DNA of 64,000 nt from Pirellulales bacterium (GCA_963733035.1 CAVTBU010000005.1:1920001-1984000), one strand, 5' to 3'. Counted from the first letter of the stretch, positions 34,213-46,187 are shown. Made by a program: numbers and translations. Notes: generated by a model not told the origin, from the sequence alone.

Positions 34213-35432
34213 TTACTCACCGGCGAACATCGCTCGCGGGATTTGAAATCGGATGGGCTCGCTCCCGCTAAAGCCAGACGCGGGCAACTCGAGCCGCAGA
34301 TACTCGCTCGACTCCAACGGGGGATCGAAGAGCAGTTCCCTTTGAACCGTTTTACTGGGACCGACGGCCGGGCTAGCTGACAGATCGACTTGCGCGGCCG
34401 AAAGCCGTACGGCCGGCGTCTGAGGAAAGAAGTTACCAGCCTGGTCAGTAAGCGTGGCGGTGGCCGTGGCCGATTCGAGTTGGCCGCCCAGCTCGCTCCC
34501 CTTGAGCAGATCGCTCACACCGCTGGGCAGACCGGCAACCGGTCCATTCCAGCCGGGGACCGAAATCACCTTGTCCTTCGTCAGGTTCTCGATCGAAATG
34601 CTCACGTGCAGCATCGGCTGGGGCTTGCTACGCCGCATCTGCGTCAGATCGAGGCTCTCCAAACGAACTTGCTGAATGTCGACGCGCCAATCTTAACGCG
34701 AAGTGGTCCTTGTTCGACAGCTTCGCTGGCGTCGGTCCACACCGGCTCGGGAGGTATTTCAAGTTCCGGTTCTCGTGCGTCGGATGGCGGAGCGGGAGCA
34801 GGCGCGGTTTGCACGATCGTCGGCGGTGGCGTCAATGGCGTCGCCACGGGCGTCGGACTCGAAAACATTCCGAACTTGATCCCCAGCACGACAGTGAGTG
34901 CGAGTCCCACCAGCGAACTGCTAGCCGTGGCCACATTCAGATAGAGACCAACCCCGCCATGCATGGCAGCCAATACCAAGCCCAAGATTCCCAGTAGCAG
35001 TCCAATCCCGCCGACAACAATTCCCATCCATCCCAGCAGCGAGTCGAGCAGGGGCAGCCAACAGCTTGCCAGCGCCAGGATCCCGAAGATCAAGCCCACG
35101 GCGCCGACAAGTTTGCCGGCCAGCGACGGAGTGTCCGGCGATATCTTGGCGACTTGTGAAATGGAGCCCACAGGCACTCGCGCCAGCGGCGTTGCAACGG
35201 GCGGTGGCAAGGGTGGCGCCGCGACCGGAACGACCTTTGGCGATGCCTCGCCCTGTGGCTTCGCGGGAAACAGGCCCTGCACTCGTCCCGCGGTAGTCCA
35301 ATTCCCTTCGGCGCCCAAGCGCACCTGCGATGCGGGACCGATTTTCCCTTCGCCGGCCAGTTTCTTCAGTTGGGCGGACGTCAGTGGTCCATACTGCTTG
35401 CCACCGTGTTGCAGGTACCACTGGTGTGCCAT
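34213..35432 (-). CDS. GYF_2 (DUF4339) domain membrane protein with C-terminal Ig-like/DUF4352-like region; frame break near 34681
   Basis: WYLQHGGKQYGPLT…L…GKI…W GYF_2 motif, a Pro-rich linker and three TM helices. The reading continues …RVKIGA/DIQQVRLESLDL…LTDQAGN in the 34213-34662 frame. Confidence 0.75.
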
Positions 35433-35546
35433 TGACCCGCCCCTCGCTTGGACCCTGTGGCGAGCAGGCGAACGCGACTGCCAACACCACCCGGCGCGTG
35501 TCAGTTTAAGCGGCCTCATATGCCGGAGCAATCGACCGCCCGCCGC

Positions 35547-36632
35547 CTAGGTCCGAGGTTCGGCCACGCTGCCGCGGTTCAAAGCGTCGATCAACTGCCG
35601 CAATCGGCCCAGACTGCGGCGGTTGAAGCGGAACACCAGGCGGGAGTACTCCGCCAGATCGGGCTCGTCCTTTTCCTCGGGGAGCGGCCCGCTGACTTTG
35701 AACTCACCGCCGTTGAGAATGTCGGCGAACTCGGTGTTGATGTCGGCCAACATGCCCTCGCTGGGCGCCGCTTGCAAACGCAGCACGAGTTTGTTCTTCA
35801 CGTACCGCATACTGTGGTAAACCTTGAAGAATTGCAGGATCTCGGCAACCGCTTCTTCGACGCTATCGGTCAGCATGTAAAGCGAGAGGTCATCGGGCGA
35901 AATCATGCCATCGGCCAGTAGTCGCTTCTCAACATAAAGCTGGAAGTCCTGCCAAAACCTGCCGCCTGGGGCGTCGAGAAAGACCACCGGCACCATGTCG
36001 CGTTTGCCGGTCTGCAAGAGCGTCAGGACTTCGAGGCCCTCGTCGAGCGTCCCGAAGCCACCCGGCAACAGGCATACGGCGTCGCATTCCTTCACGAACA
36101 TCAATTTGCGCGTGAAGAAGTATTTCATGTGCACAAGCTTCGTATCACCGGCGATGACCGGATTGGCATACTGCTCGAAGGGAAGCATGATATTGAGTCC
36201 CATCGAGTTTTCGCGTCCGGCGCCGACGTGCCCGGCCTCCATGATGCCGCTGGCGGCGCCGGTGACGACCAGCCACTTCTGGTCGGCCATCGCCCGTCCG
36301 AACTGCACGGCCTGCTGATAGGTTGCCTCGTCGGGCCGGGTGCGAGCCGAACCGAAAACGGTCACTTTTCGCCGCGAACGATAGGGCGTGAAGACCTTGA
36401 AGGCATAACGCAACTCGCGCAACGTGCGACTGAGGATCTTCAGATCACCACGCGACGTTTCGTCCACGGCCAACTTGTCGGCCGACTGCTTGATTTGATC
36501 GATCAGATCCACGACCCGAGATCGCTCGGTGGGACTGATCGCGCCATTTGCCGAAGTGATTTTATCTTTAAGATTCGAGACAGCGTCCTCGGCTGCCTGA
36601 GAAACAGCGTCATCCTTGGGAAGATCCGCCAC
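35547..36632 (-). CDS. LOG / lysine-decarboxylase-like Rossmann-fold nucleotide-binding protein (TIGR00730 type)
   Basis: [31 protein letters not shown] and PGGFGTLDE motifs. GTG start at 36632 with GAGGA upstream. Confidence 0.9.
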   Translation of the reverse strand: MADLPKDDAVSQAAEDAVSNLKDKITSANGAISPTERSRVVDLIDQIKQSADKLAVDETSRGDLKILSRTLRELRYAFKVFTPYRSRRKVTVFGSARTRPDEATYQQAVQFGRAMADQKWLVVTGAASGIMEAGHVGAGRENSMGLNIMLPFEQYANPVIAGDTKLVHMKYFFTRKLMFVKECDAVCLLPGGFGTLDEGLEVLTLLQTGKRDMVPVVFLDAPGGRFWQDFQLYVEKRLLADGMISPDDLSLYMLTDSVEEAVAEILQFFKVYHSMRYVKNKLVLRLQAAPSEGMLADINTEFADILNGGEFKVSGPLPEEKDEPDLAEYSRLVFRFNRRSLGRLRQLIDALNRGSVAEPRT

Positions 36633-36863
36633 GCGGTTGTCCTCACATTTCCAGAAGAGAACCAAGCGGTGCTGGCCCCGTGCCAGCACCAACGTTCATT
36701 TTGATTCGTTTCCTGCAATTATACCCCATCGTCGGCGAATGGACCGAATTTCGTGCCGTTTTCACGCCCGATCTGGGGCGGGCACGCGGCTCGGTCAGCT
36801 TGTTCCATGTAGTAGAATCCTTCGACAGATCTCGCTTACCAGGAATTCACAACGCTCCGCTCG

Positions 36864-38613
36864 ATGTTTCGCATTCGACGCATCTACGACGACGCTCTAC
36901 CGGCCAACCGCCAATCGCTTCGCCAGGTGGCTTCCATCTTTCGCGCACAATTTTCGGCGCGCGTGCCGCCGACATCGACACGCTTCCCGAGCAACTGCGT
37001 GACCCACTCAAGCGAGGTTTGCGCACCATTCTCTACGTCGCGGAAAATACATCGCGCAACGTACAGGGCTTTGCAATCGTTCTACACGAACCGCAACTAC
37101 GGTTCTGTTACCTCGACTATCTAGCCACTGCGAAAGCGATCACCGGTCGCGGCGTTGGCGGGGCGCTCTACGAGCGGCTTCGCCAGGACGCGGTTGCGCT
37201 GGGAGCGAAGGGGCTGTTTCTCGAATGCCTACCCGACGAAGCTGCCGCTTGTCCGAATGAAGCGGAACGCAAGCACAACCGGGCTCGTATCCGGTTCTAC
37301 GAGCGCTATGGTGCCCGAGTCGTCACCGGCACGCAATATGAAGCGCCTGTGCGCGAGGGGGACACCGGAATGCCGCATCTGGTCTACGACGACCTGGGAC
37401 GGGGCGAGCCGCTTTCACGTTTGTTTGCCAAATCGGCCGTTCGGGCGATTCTGCAGCGCAAATACGGTTACCTCTGCCCGCCGGAGTACGTGTCTCGCGT
37501 GGTCAGCTCGTTTCGAGACGACCCGGTGCGGACTCGGCCGGTTCCGAAAGCGACGCCGGCGCCCGTGGCGGTATCGCCTCGGCCGTCTTCACTCGAACCA
37601 ATCGCGCTGGTGGTAAACCAGAAGCACGATATCCATCATGTCCGCGAGCGAGGATACGTCGAAGCGCCCGTTCGGATCAAATCCATTCTGACGGAAATCG
37701 AGCCGACGGGACTGTTCGAGACGCGGGAAGCACGACCCTTCGGGGAGCGGTATATCACGGCCGTGCATCATCGCGATTTCGTCGACTATCTGCGGCGAGC
37801 ATGTGCCGAAGTACCACCCGGGCGGAGCGTCTACCCCTATGTATTTCCGATTCGCAACCAGGCCCGACCGCCGCGCGACTTGTCAGTGCGTGCGGGCTAC
37901 TACTGCATCGACACGTTCACGCCGCTCAACCGGAACGCGTTTTTGGCAGCCCAGGGAGCCGTGAATTCGCGCTGGCAGCGGCGGATGAAGTGGCGGGCGG
38001 CCGTCCCTTGGCTTATGCGCTGGTACGTCCGCCGGGACATCACGCCGAGGCACGCGCGTTCGGCGGATTTTGCTACTTCAATAACGCCGCGATTGCCGCG
38101 CAGTTCTTGGTGCCGCATGGCAAGGTGGCGATACTCGACATCGACTATCACCACGGCAACGGACAGCAGGACATCTTCTACGAGCGTGATGACGTATTGA
38201 CGGTTTCGATTCACGGCCATCCGAGGTTTGCCTATCCGTACTTCAGCGGCTTTGCGGACGAGCGCGGCCATGGGCGAGGGAGGGGATTTAACCTGAATTT
38301 GCCATTGAGTGAATCCGTGAACGGCCCGCAGTATCGCGTGGCGCTGGAAAGGGCGATAACCGCATGCGCACGATTCCAGCCGGCCTTTTTGGTTGTCGCA
38401 CTTGGGCTCGACACCACGAAGGGCGACCCCACAGGCAGTTGGAGCCTGACGGCTAAAGACTTGGAAGCCAACGGACGGATGATCGGCGCGATGCAACTGC
38501 CAACACTTGTCGTTCAGGAAGGCGGTTACCGAACGCGAACCCTGGGAGGCAACGCGCGCCATTTCTTCCAAGGCCTGGTGGCTGGCAGAGCGGGCTCTCG
38601 CCCCCACCGATAG
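36864..38613 (+). CDS. GNAT acetyltransferase-like domain fused to an HDAC/acetylpolyamine amidohydrolase domain (~580 aa); frame breaks near 36955 and 37968
   Basis: MFRIRRIYDD…RAQF/GARAADID joins the GNAT-like CYLDYLAT…GRGVGGALY…RFYERYG region. The deacetylase motifs RPPGHHA, GGFCYFNN, DIDYHHGNG, LGLDT and QEGGY are in the 37801 frame. Confidence 0.85.
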
Positions 38614-38650
38614 AAAAAACGACCCGTTCTCGCCAGGGAGAACGGGCCGT
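38614..38650 (-). terminator. Intrinsic terminator between convergent genes
   Basis: AAAAAA-CGACCCGTTCTC-GCCAGG-GAGAACGGGCCG forms a strong stem-loop, with the U-tract on the minus strand downstream of the 38698-38943 gene. Confidence 0.7.
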
Positions 38651-38697
38651 GTGGCTTCCATTCGTAGATCAACAGCTTCCGATTCCGGTGACGTACT

Positions 38698-38943
38698 TCA
38701 GGCTGAGGGGCGACGGTAGTGCTGGTAGGCCAGAATCACTTCGTACAGGTCGGTTGAAATCGTGACTTCGTCGTCTTCGAAGTCGCGAAGCCAAGTCCGT
38801 TCGTTTCGCACGGCATCGGCCAGCAGCGGCAGAATTTCGCCCAGCGGAACGGTTACCTGATCCTTTGTGTCCTTTGCCGTGCTGATGGTGGCACTGGCGT
38901 CGCTTTGTGGTCCGTAGTACACACGCAGTTGGCTTCGAGCCAT
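38698..38943 (-). CDS. Small hypothetical protein (81 aa)
   Basis: Protein-like sequence VTVPLGEILPLLADAV…WLRDFEDDEVTISTDLYEVILAY, AAGGA upstream and a terminator downstream. Confidence 0.75.
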   Translation of the reverse strand: MARSQLRVYYGPQSDASATISTAKDTKDQVTVPLGEILPLLADAVRNERTWLRDFEDDEVTISTDLYEVILAYQHYRRPSA

Positions 38944-39664
38944 AGTGACGTTTCCTTACGTCTTGGGGCCTCGTGGTTGAGAGCCGGCTCCCGAATCGCT
39001 CCGACCTCGGAGCAGTCAGTTGGGCTCCGCATGCGTGACATGCTATCGCTGCCCACCCCTGTCGCCATGGAATATCGGCAAAACGCGTGCTGAGGGTTTG
39101 ATCTAATTGTCCGAACGTGCCGTTTTTTCTCACGAGCACCTCAAACGCCGATCGAACCCAACACAGCGGTCATTCGCGCAATAGGGGTTTTCTGGGTAGT
39201 CTGGATAAATTCGGACGAGTTGCGGTCCTAGTCCTGACATCTATATCAGTCGTGTCGGCAATCGTGGCCCTGTAAGGGCTCGGCGTCATCGCTCTGAGCT
39301 GCCGGCAAGTGCTCGATGTTCGGCGCTAGTGGACGTGGCTCGGATTTTGACTGCGTTTCGGATGTCTAATGCGAAGTTTCCATCGTACTCGTGAAGCAAA
39401 TGGCGAACGACAAGCCGAAGGCAGGTTTCGGCACATGGCGATGCTTCAGGCAGGATCATGGGAGTGCAATCAAAACGATATCGTTCCATGGGACGTCCGC
39501 GAACAGGTTTCGAACTTGTTTCTTCGCGCAAAGAGGGAGATCACACTAGCGGGACAACCGATCGCAGTGGGCCGAGGAGGTATTTGATGGACGTCGCACG
39601 ACGGTGAATTTCTTCCATACGCATGTCCGATTCCGGGCAGCACGACTTCTGTAGCTCGCCGTTC

Positions 39665-39694
39665 TTGACAATTGCTCCCCTCAGCGCTTAGATT
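39665..39694 (+). promoter_or_regulatory. Candidate sigma70 promoter for tex
   Basis: TTGACA-N18-TAGATT about 70 nt upstream of ATG 39764. Confidence 0.55.
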
Positions 39695-39763
39695 GCCAGA
39701 TTGGCAAGTCACGATCAGTAAAAACTTTGCGCCAAAAACCGCGGATCGACGCCGAAACTCTGC

Positions 39764-42348
39764 ATGGCTAGCAACACGATCGCCATCGATTTACGACCGG
39801 TGGCCCAGGCGCTGCAGCTCTCTTTGCGCAAGTCGAGAGTGTCGTCGAGTTGCTCGACGCCGGCAACACGGTCCCTTTCATCACGCGATATCGCAAGGAC
39901 CAGACCGGCGGGCTCGACGAAGAACAGATCCGCGCCATCGAATCGCGGCTGATCAAAATGCGCCTGTTGGCCGAGCGCAAACAGACGATCTTGCGATCGA
40001 TCGATTCGCAAGGCAAGCTAACGCCCGAGCTGGCGGCGGAGATCGAAGCGGCGGCCAGCACGAAGCGGCTTGAAGATCTTTACCTGCCATACAAACCGAA
40101 GAAGCAAACCCTGGCCACGGTCGCCCGCGAACGCGGTTTGGAACCGTTGGCCGACGAAGTTCTGGCGGCGAGTGGCACATGTGCCGATCTCGATGCTCGC
40201 GCGGCTGACTTCGTGAATCCCGACAAGGGGCTGAACAGCGCGGCCGACGTGTTGTTGGGAGTGGGGCACATCCTGGCGGAACTGATCAGCGAACAGGCCG
40301 ATCTGCGGCAGAAGCTGCGGCAAATTCTCAAGCGCAGCGGCAAGTTGGTGTGCACTCGCGGTGAAGGGGACGCCAAGATTGCCCAAGGGTTCCGCGATTA
40401 TTTCGAGTTCAACGACACGATTGATCGCGTGCCGGAACATCGCGTTCTGGCGATCAACCGAGGCGAGAAGGCCAAGGCGTTGCGTGTCAAGGTCGAAGCA
40501 GATTTGGACGCCATGCAAGCGCTCGTCGACGAGATGGTCTGCGCCGGACCACCCGCACGTCGAGTTCATTCGCGGCTGTGGACACGACGCGCTGGCGCGG
40601 CTCGTCTTTCCCAGCCTCGAGCGGGAAGTTCGCCGCGAATTGACCGATTGGTCCGAAGCCCACGCCGTGGAAGTGTTCGCGAAAAACCTCCGCAATCTAT
40701 TGCTGCAGAAGCCGGTGCGCAGCCGCCGCGTGTTGGCCATCGATCCGGGCTTCAAGAGCGGCTGCAAACTGGCGGCCCTCGATGAGTTCGGCAACCTGCT
40801 TGACCAGGCGGTCATTCATCTGGTGGGCAAAGCCGAGCGCAAACAGCAGGGCCGCGAGAAGCTGGTCGAGATGATTTCCAACCACGAACTAAGCCTGGTG
40901 GCCATCGGCAACGGCACGGCCTGCCGCGAGAGCGAAGAACTCATCTCGGAACTCTTGTCGGCGGAATTGGCCGACAAGGGCGTGGCCTACGTGATCGTCA
41001 ATGAAGCCGGCGCAAGTGTCTATTCGACGAGCCCGTTCGGGCGCGAGGAGTTCCCCGACTACGACGCCACGCTTCGCGGCGCGATCTCGATTGGTCGCCG
41101 CTTGCAGGACCCGCTCAGCGAATTGGTGAAAATCGACCCGGCCAGCATCGGCGTTGGCATGTACCAGCACGACGTAAAGGCCAAGCACTTGCGGGCTTCG
41201 CTCGATGCCGTGGTGGAATCGTGCGTGAACTTCGTGGGTGTCGACTTGAACACCGCCAGCCCCGCGCTGTTGCGATACGTGTCGGGTTTGAATCAGCTCA
41301 CCGCTCGCCGGTTGTATGACTATCGCTCGCAAAACGGCCCCTTCAAGAGCCGCGAACAGTTGAAGGAAGTGCCCGGCTTTGGCGAGGCCGCATTCGTCCA
41401 AGCGGCAGGCTTTCTCAAAATTGGCGACGGCGAGAATCCGCTCGATGCCACCTGGATTCATCCGGAAAGCTACGAACTGGCGGGGCAGGTGCTCGAAAAC
41501 ATGGAGTGCACCGTTGCGGATCTGGCTCAAAAGGAAACGACCGCGCGGATCGCCGAGCGGGCCGCCCAAGTGCGACTCGAAACGTTGTCCGCGCAATTCG
41601 ATGCTGGCGCCATGCTTCTACGCGATATTCTCGCACAGCTCTCACGACCGGGACGCGACCCGCGTGAGGACTTGCCGACGCCGATTTTTAAAAAGGGGGT
41701 CATCAAGCTCGACGATCTTTCGCCCGGCATGGAACTGCAGGGGACTGTGCTGAACGTCGTCGATTTTGGTGCTTTTGTCGACATCGGCCTGCACGACACG
41801 GGACTGGTTCATATCAGTCAATTGGCAAACAAGTATGTCAAGGACCCGCACGACGTGGTGTCGGTTGGTGACATCGTGAAAGTGTGGGTTCACGAGATCG
41901 ACAAAGACCGCCGTCGTGTGTCGCTGTCGATGATTCCGCCAGGAACCGAACGGACACCTCCCAAGCATCAGCGCCGCAAGGGAGACCGCCGCGGCAAGGG
42001 AACGGCCGGCCAGACGAGTGACGCCGCCGCTCCAGCCGAAGGGCAGACGACCGAGGCGGATGCCGGATCGGTTTCGCCGGCCGTCGATCGTACGCCAGGG
42101 CGGCCGCCGCGTCGCCGCGAACAGCGCCCGGGCGCCCCCAGCGGAGCGACCAGGAAGGTCGGCCCCCCAAACCGAAATACAAAGACCGTTCGTCGGGCGG
42201 CCGCAAACCTGCGAAGCCGCTCGTCCCGTTGACGAACGAAATGAAAGCTGGAAAAGCCCCTTTGCGGACCTTCGGCGATCTGAAACAATTCTTCGAACTG
42301 AAAGAACAAGACCCGCCGGCGGACGAAACGCCCTCGACGGACACATAG
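39764..42348 (+). CDS. tex: Tex-family RNA-binding transcriptional accessory protein (YqgF-like, HHH and S1 domains); frame breaks near 39829, 40540 and ~42150
   Basis: GNTVPFITRYRKDQTG, EDLYLPYKPKK, AIDPGFKSGCK, NEAGASVYS, LQDPLSELVKIDP, the S1 motif NVVDFGAFVDIG, and a C-terminal PLRTFGDLKQFF ending TAG at 42346-42348. Confidence 0.9.
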
Positions 42349-42411
42349 AACCCAAGTCGGACCCGCTCACCGCCAACACGCTCGGTGAGCTTGCCCGCCC
42401 CGCGGTTGCTC

Positions 42412-42894
42412 ATGGATTTCCAAGAACGCCTCCAGCGCGCCATTCAACGCGGACACCGAGCCAGTGATGCTGACGCGCGGGCCAAGGCCGAACAAGCGAC
42501 CAGCGAAGAAGAATATCGGCGGCTCCATTCACAATTTCGACTGGAATTGTCCGAGCACATCGAGCAATGTCTTCGCGCGCTACCGCGACATTTTCCCGGC
42601 TTCCGCTTCGAAACGCTGGTGGGCGACCGAGGCTGGGGTGCGGCAATCAGCCGCGACGACCTTGAACTAGATCACGGCCGGCGCACAAATCTCTACAGCC
42701 GCCTGGAAATTGTCGTGCGGCCGTTTTCCACCTCGCACGTGCTCGACCTCAACGCCAAAGGTACGATCCGCAACAAAGAGCTCTTCAATCGCGCGCAATA
42801 CCAGTTGCTCTCGGAAGTCGATCTGACGAGTTTCACCGAAACGATCGATCGCTGGGTGCTTGAATACGCGGAACTCTATGCCGCGAAAAGCTGA
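42412..42894 (+). CDS. Hypothetical protein
   Basis: Clean ORF MDFQERLQRAIQRG…YSRLEIVVRP…KGTIRNKELFNR…WVLEYAELYAA following tex. Confidence 0.75.
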   Translation: MDFQERLQRAIQRGHRASDADARAKAEQATSEEEYRRLHSQFRLELSEHIEQCLRALPRHFPGFRFETLVGDRGWGAAISRDDLELDHGRRTNLYSRLEIVVRPFSTSHVLDLNAKGTIRNKELFNRAQYQLLSEVDLTSFTETIDRWVLEYAELYAAKS

Positions 42895-42974
42895 TCCCGC
42901 CGCACGCTGGCCGCAACCGTTCCGGGCAGGTTCATCCAAGTTGGACCCAATCGAGATGGAAGCTGGCAGCGTTG

Positions 42975-43763
42975 CTAAATCTCCGCTGGCGCGAGTGCCA
43001 ACTGCTTGAGGGCCTCGAGGCTAGCCACCACGTCGTCTCGCGAGATTTCCTGCCAGCCGGCCATCTTGTGCCTGAGAATGCAGAGTTTGTAGGATTCGAA
43101 GGCATCGTTCACGTCAGGAGGCAACGGGGGCAAGCTGGCGAAAGGTCGAACGATTTCGACTGCGTCTGCCGCTTGACTGGAATAGCTCGATACGGAATCG
43201 GCCGCCTCGCGATTGCGAGTGCCAGAGTCGTCCTCGTCGCTGTCGTCGGCGTCACGTCGCTCGGGCGATTGCACGGTGCCCACGGTGCCGGTCGTCACTT
43301 CGGCTGCTTCGGCCGGTTCATCGTCCTCGTCCCAAGGCGCATCACTTGCTTGTTCTTCGCTGCTGGGCTCTTCGTCGGCGACCGCGCCGTGCGTTTCCCA
43401 ACGATTGCGGCGCATCTCGGAGATCGACCACTGGTTTTGAACGGCCCCCTCAAGCCAGAGTTCGGCGTCATCCCAATCGAGCGCTGCCTGAAAGTGGCTC
43501 CAATACAAGCCGGCGTAGTCGTCGCGGACACCGCCGAAACGCTCGAACACGCGGCGCAAACGACCCACGTGTTGCGGGGTGACATTGCCCACGCGGCGGC
43601 TCCAGGCCTCGTCAGAGTATTCGGAGGCAGGAGCATCGGCCACCACCAGGGCAGCGCGCCACTCGAAGATGATCTGGCCTTTCTCCCAGTTCGTGGTGCT
43701 GACCAGTCGTTTCCACTGGCCCAGGAATTGTTCGCTCGTCGTATCGATCAGCGCAGAATCCAT
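42975..43763 (-). CDS. Hypothetical protein with acidic central linker
   Basis: LVSTTNWEKGQII…QHVGRLRRVFERFG…LYWSHFQAALDWDDAELWLEGA, a D/E-rich linker and a helical C-terminus. Confidence 0.8.
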   Translation of the reverse strand: MDSALIDTTSEQFLGQWKRLVSTTNWEKGQIIFEWRAALVVADAPASEYSDEAWSRRVGNVTPQHVGRLRRVFERFGGVRDDYAGLYWSHFQAALDWDDAELWLEGAVQNQWSISEMRRNRWETHGAVADEEPSSEEQASDAPWDEDDEPAEAAEVTTGTVGTVQSPERRDADDSDEDDSGTRNREAADSVSSYSSQAADAVEIVRPFASLPPLPPDVNDAFESYKLCILRHKMAGWQEISRDDVVASLEALKQLALAPAEI

Positions 43764-44060
43764 GCGTCGCAGTCACTACCCTGTGGAATCGGAGAATTGC
43801 CTGAACAAGCCGGCCGAAGTGTCAGCCGTCGAGCCGCGATTCTAACAGAACGCCGACGACCTACGAGCAACTTGCGAGTACGATCAAGCAATTTGCGCCG
43901 CGACGCGGCGACATAAACGGCATGCACGGCAAGGTTTCATTCGTCACTCGCCATGACTTTGCGGCGCGATGCGGTTGGGGAAAACTTGTCGATTGGCCGG
44001 CCAACCGCATCAACGTATTTCCTGGCTCGCGTCGAGCCGGCCGCAATTGGGGCACCGTGG

Positions 44061-44282
44061 TCAGGCCGACTCGGGCGCGGGAGCGGTTTCCGCCGATGTG
44101 AAGCCGCAACGATTGTGGGTTCCGTCACAGAACGGTCGCCGGCTCGATTGCCCGCAACGACACAATGCGACCGACGGCTTGTCGGGATTCACGGGAAAGA
44201 CATTCCCCTCGGCGTCGACAATCGTGACGGGACCCTCGACCAGTAAGGGCCCGTTCGGCCGAACGCGAATCGTGGTGCTCAT
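44061..44282 (-). CDS. CDGSH-type iron-sulfur domain protein
   Basis: NGPLLVEG N-terminus and LCRCGQSSRRPFCDGTH, a 3Cys-1His [2Fe-2S] motif. GAGGA RBS. Confidence 0.92.
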   Translation of the reverse strand: MSTTIRVRPNGPLLVEGPVTIVDAEGNVFPVNPDKPSVALCRCGQSSRRPFCDGTHNRCGFTSAETAPAPESA

Positions 44283-44408
44283 GCGAAAAGTTCCTCAACG
44301 GCTAGCGGTGGCGTGTCTAAACCGAAACGCCGCGATGCGGCGCTGGGGGAAGTGTACCGCGAATGCGGACTGAACGCCAATGCTCCGGCACATCGCGATC
44401 GCCGTTAG

Positions 44409-45581
44409 TTACCGACTCTGCCGCCCAGGAGTTTCCTGCTGCGGCGCGACGAGCAGTATTTGGACCCCTGCCTGGATCTTCGCGGCCGACTCAAGTCGAG
44501 GGGAAGCCACTCGCGGTAAAATGATCTGTTGTCCTGGACCCAAATTCGCGGGCCGTGGCACCTGCGACAGTATGTCGTCAACCTGAGAGCTGGTCGCGCG
44601 CAACAAATACAGCGACTGTAGTGGCGCGGTGCTCATCCTATCGGCAGCTTTGCCATTCCTATTCGTGGACTCGGACTCGACCGAAACCTGCTCACTTCCA
44701 CGGGGAGTCGTCAACTTCTCCCACGCGATATCATTTGCATCGAGCAATTTCTCGAATCGCTTACCGTTGAAATACTCCGCGCTTACTGAGCACACGATGG
44801 GCGATTGGGTGTCCGCCTTGACGACTCCGTTTGATTCGGAGAATAACGGCGTTGCCTTTTTTTGCAACGGCACCGTCTTAGAAGGCGAGGCATCTTGCAT
44901 CGAGCGCGCCTGGCCGCGCACAGTCGGATGACCGCCCATCTTCTCCGAATGCTGGAAAAGGTCCGCTGACGGTCGACTTGCGGGCTCTCGCGGGACTGAA
45001 CTTTCCGGCGCCGGTACCGCGCCTTTGGCATAATTGGCGACGGGTTCGCCGGAGGCCGGATGGTTGCCGAGATGGTCACGAGAGAATGCGTTAGGAGGGG
45101 ATTCAGACGCCGCACCGACGCTCGCCCCCGAACCATCTTCCCCACCGTTTTGCGAATCCAATTCGGTCGCCTCGGGCGGCGCCTGTGCGACATGCAGTTC
45201 GTCGGGGCGTTGGTTCGCGTCGTAAACTAGAATCACGAGAGCCGCGGCCACCGCCAACGCGGGCCAAATGAGCCGTCGCAGGTTCGATCTTCGTTCCCAC
45301 CAGTTGGCACTCTTGGGCACAATGGTACTATCACTGAAGTCGCCGGTTTTCGAACGCAAGACCGCCTGCTCCGCACGACGCAACACGGAAGTGGCCAGAT
45401 CTCGGTCGAGCTTGTGTTGGGGTAGCGTCTGCAAGCCAGCGCGCAGGGTCAAAAGATCATCTCGTAGCTGGCGCAATTCGGCACTTTCGGCCAGCCAACC
45501 TTCAACGCGGGTCCGCTCATCGACCGACAGCTCGTCGTCGAGATAGGCACTGAGCAGTTCTTCGCGTTCGATTTCAGTCAT
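44409..45581 (-). CDS. Membrane-anchored anti-sigma factor
   Basis: ELLSAYLDDELS anti-sigma domain start, one TM helix (LIWPALAVAAALVILVY), and position directly downstream of the ECF sigma. Confidence 0.85.
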   Translation of the reverse strand: MTEIEREELLSAYLDDELSVDERTRVEGWLAESAELRQLRDDLLTLRAGLQTLPQHKLDRDLATSVLRRAEQAVLRSKTGDFSDSTIVPKSANWWERRSNLRRLIWPALAVAAALVILVYDANQRPDELHVAQAPPEATELDSQNGGEDGSGASVGAASESPPNAFSRDHLGNHPASGEPVANYAKGAVPAPESSVPREPASRPSADLFQHSEKMGGHPTVRGQARSMQDASPSKTVPLQKKATPLFSESNGVVKADTQSPIVCSVSAEYFNGKRFEKLLDANDIAWEKLTTPRGSEQVSVESESTNRNGKAADRMSTAPLQSLYLLRATSSQVDDILSQVPRPANLGPGQQIILPRVASPRLESAAKIQAGVQILLVAPQQETPGRQSR

Positions 45582-45623
45582 GTTTTTTAGGGTCCGAGTT
45601 TTCGCCCCTGTCCCGGTAAAAGT

Positions 45624-46187
45624 TTACTTCACGTCTTCCTGCAACACGTCCTTGAGTTGTTCTCGCAACTGCAGCCGGGCGCGGTGCAGCCGGCTGCGGA
45701 TGGTTCCGACGGGCAGCCCCAGAACTTCCGCAATTTCTTCATACGTGCAGCCGTCTATTTCGCGGAGCACCAGAATTGCCCGATGCTCTTCGGAAATTCG
45801 CTCCAACCCGACCTGCACCTGAGAGGCTCGTTCCTGCCGCTCGATTCGATCACCAGGGCCCGCGCCACGATCGACCGGCTCGTGGCCAAGTTCGTCGCGG
45901 GCGTGGTCGACCGACACGGTCGGTTTTTCTCGCCGCCGCCGCGTGACGGCCATGTTGAATGCAATCCGGTAGAGCCACGTGTAAAAGGTGCTAGCCCGCT
46001 CGAATGTGTCGAGCTTGATGTAGGCCTGTACGAAGGCGTCTTGCACGGCGTCGTAGGCCAAATCGGGGGATCCCACCAAATGCACCAACGAGTTGTACAA
46101 TCGGTCCTGATATCGCGTGACCAATTGCCCAAACGCCGCACCATTGCCTGCCAGGGCGTCGTCAATGAGCTGGGCGTCGTCGTTCAC
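45624..46187 (-). CDS. ECF-type sigma-70 family RNA polymerase sigma factor
   Basis: DAVQDAFVQAY and FYTWLYRIAFN (region 2), and LVLREIDGCTYEEIAEVLGLPVGTIRSRLHRAR (region 4). GTG start at 46187 with GGAG RBS. Confidence 0.93.
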   Translation of the reverse strand: MNDDAQLIDDALAGNGAAFGQLVTRYQDRLYNSLVHLVGSPDLAYDAVQDAFVQAYIKLDTFERASTFYTWLYRIAFNMAVTRRRREKPTVSVDHARDELGHEPVDRGAGPGDRIERQERASQVQVGLERISEEHRAILVLREIDGCTYEEIAEVLGLPVGTIRSRLHRARLQLREQLKDVLQEDVK

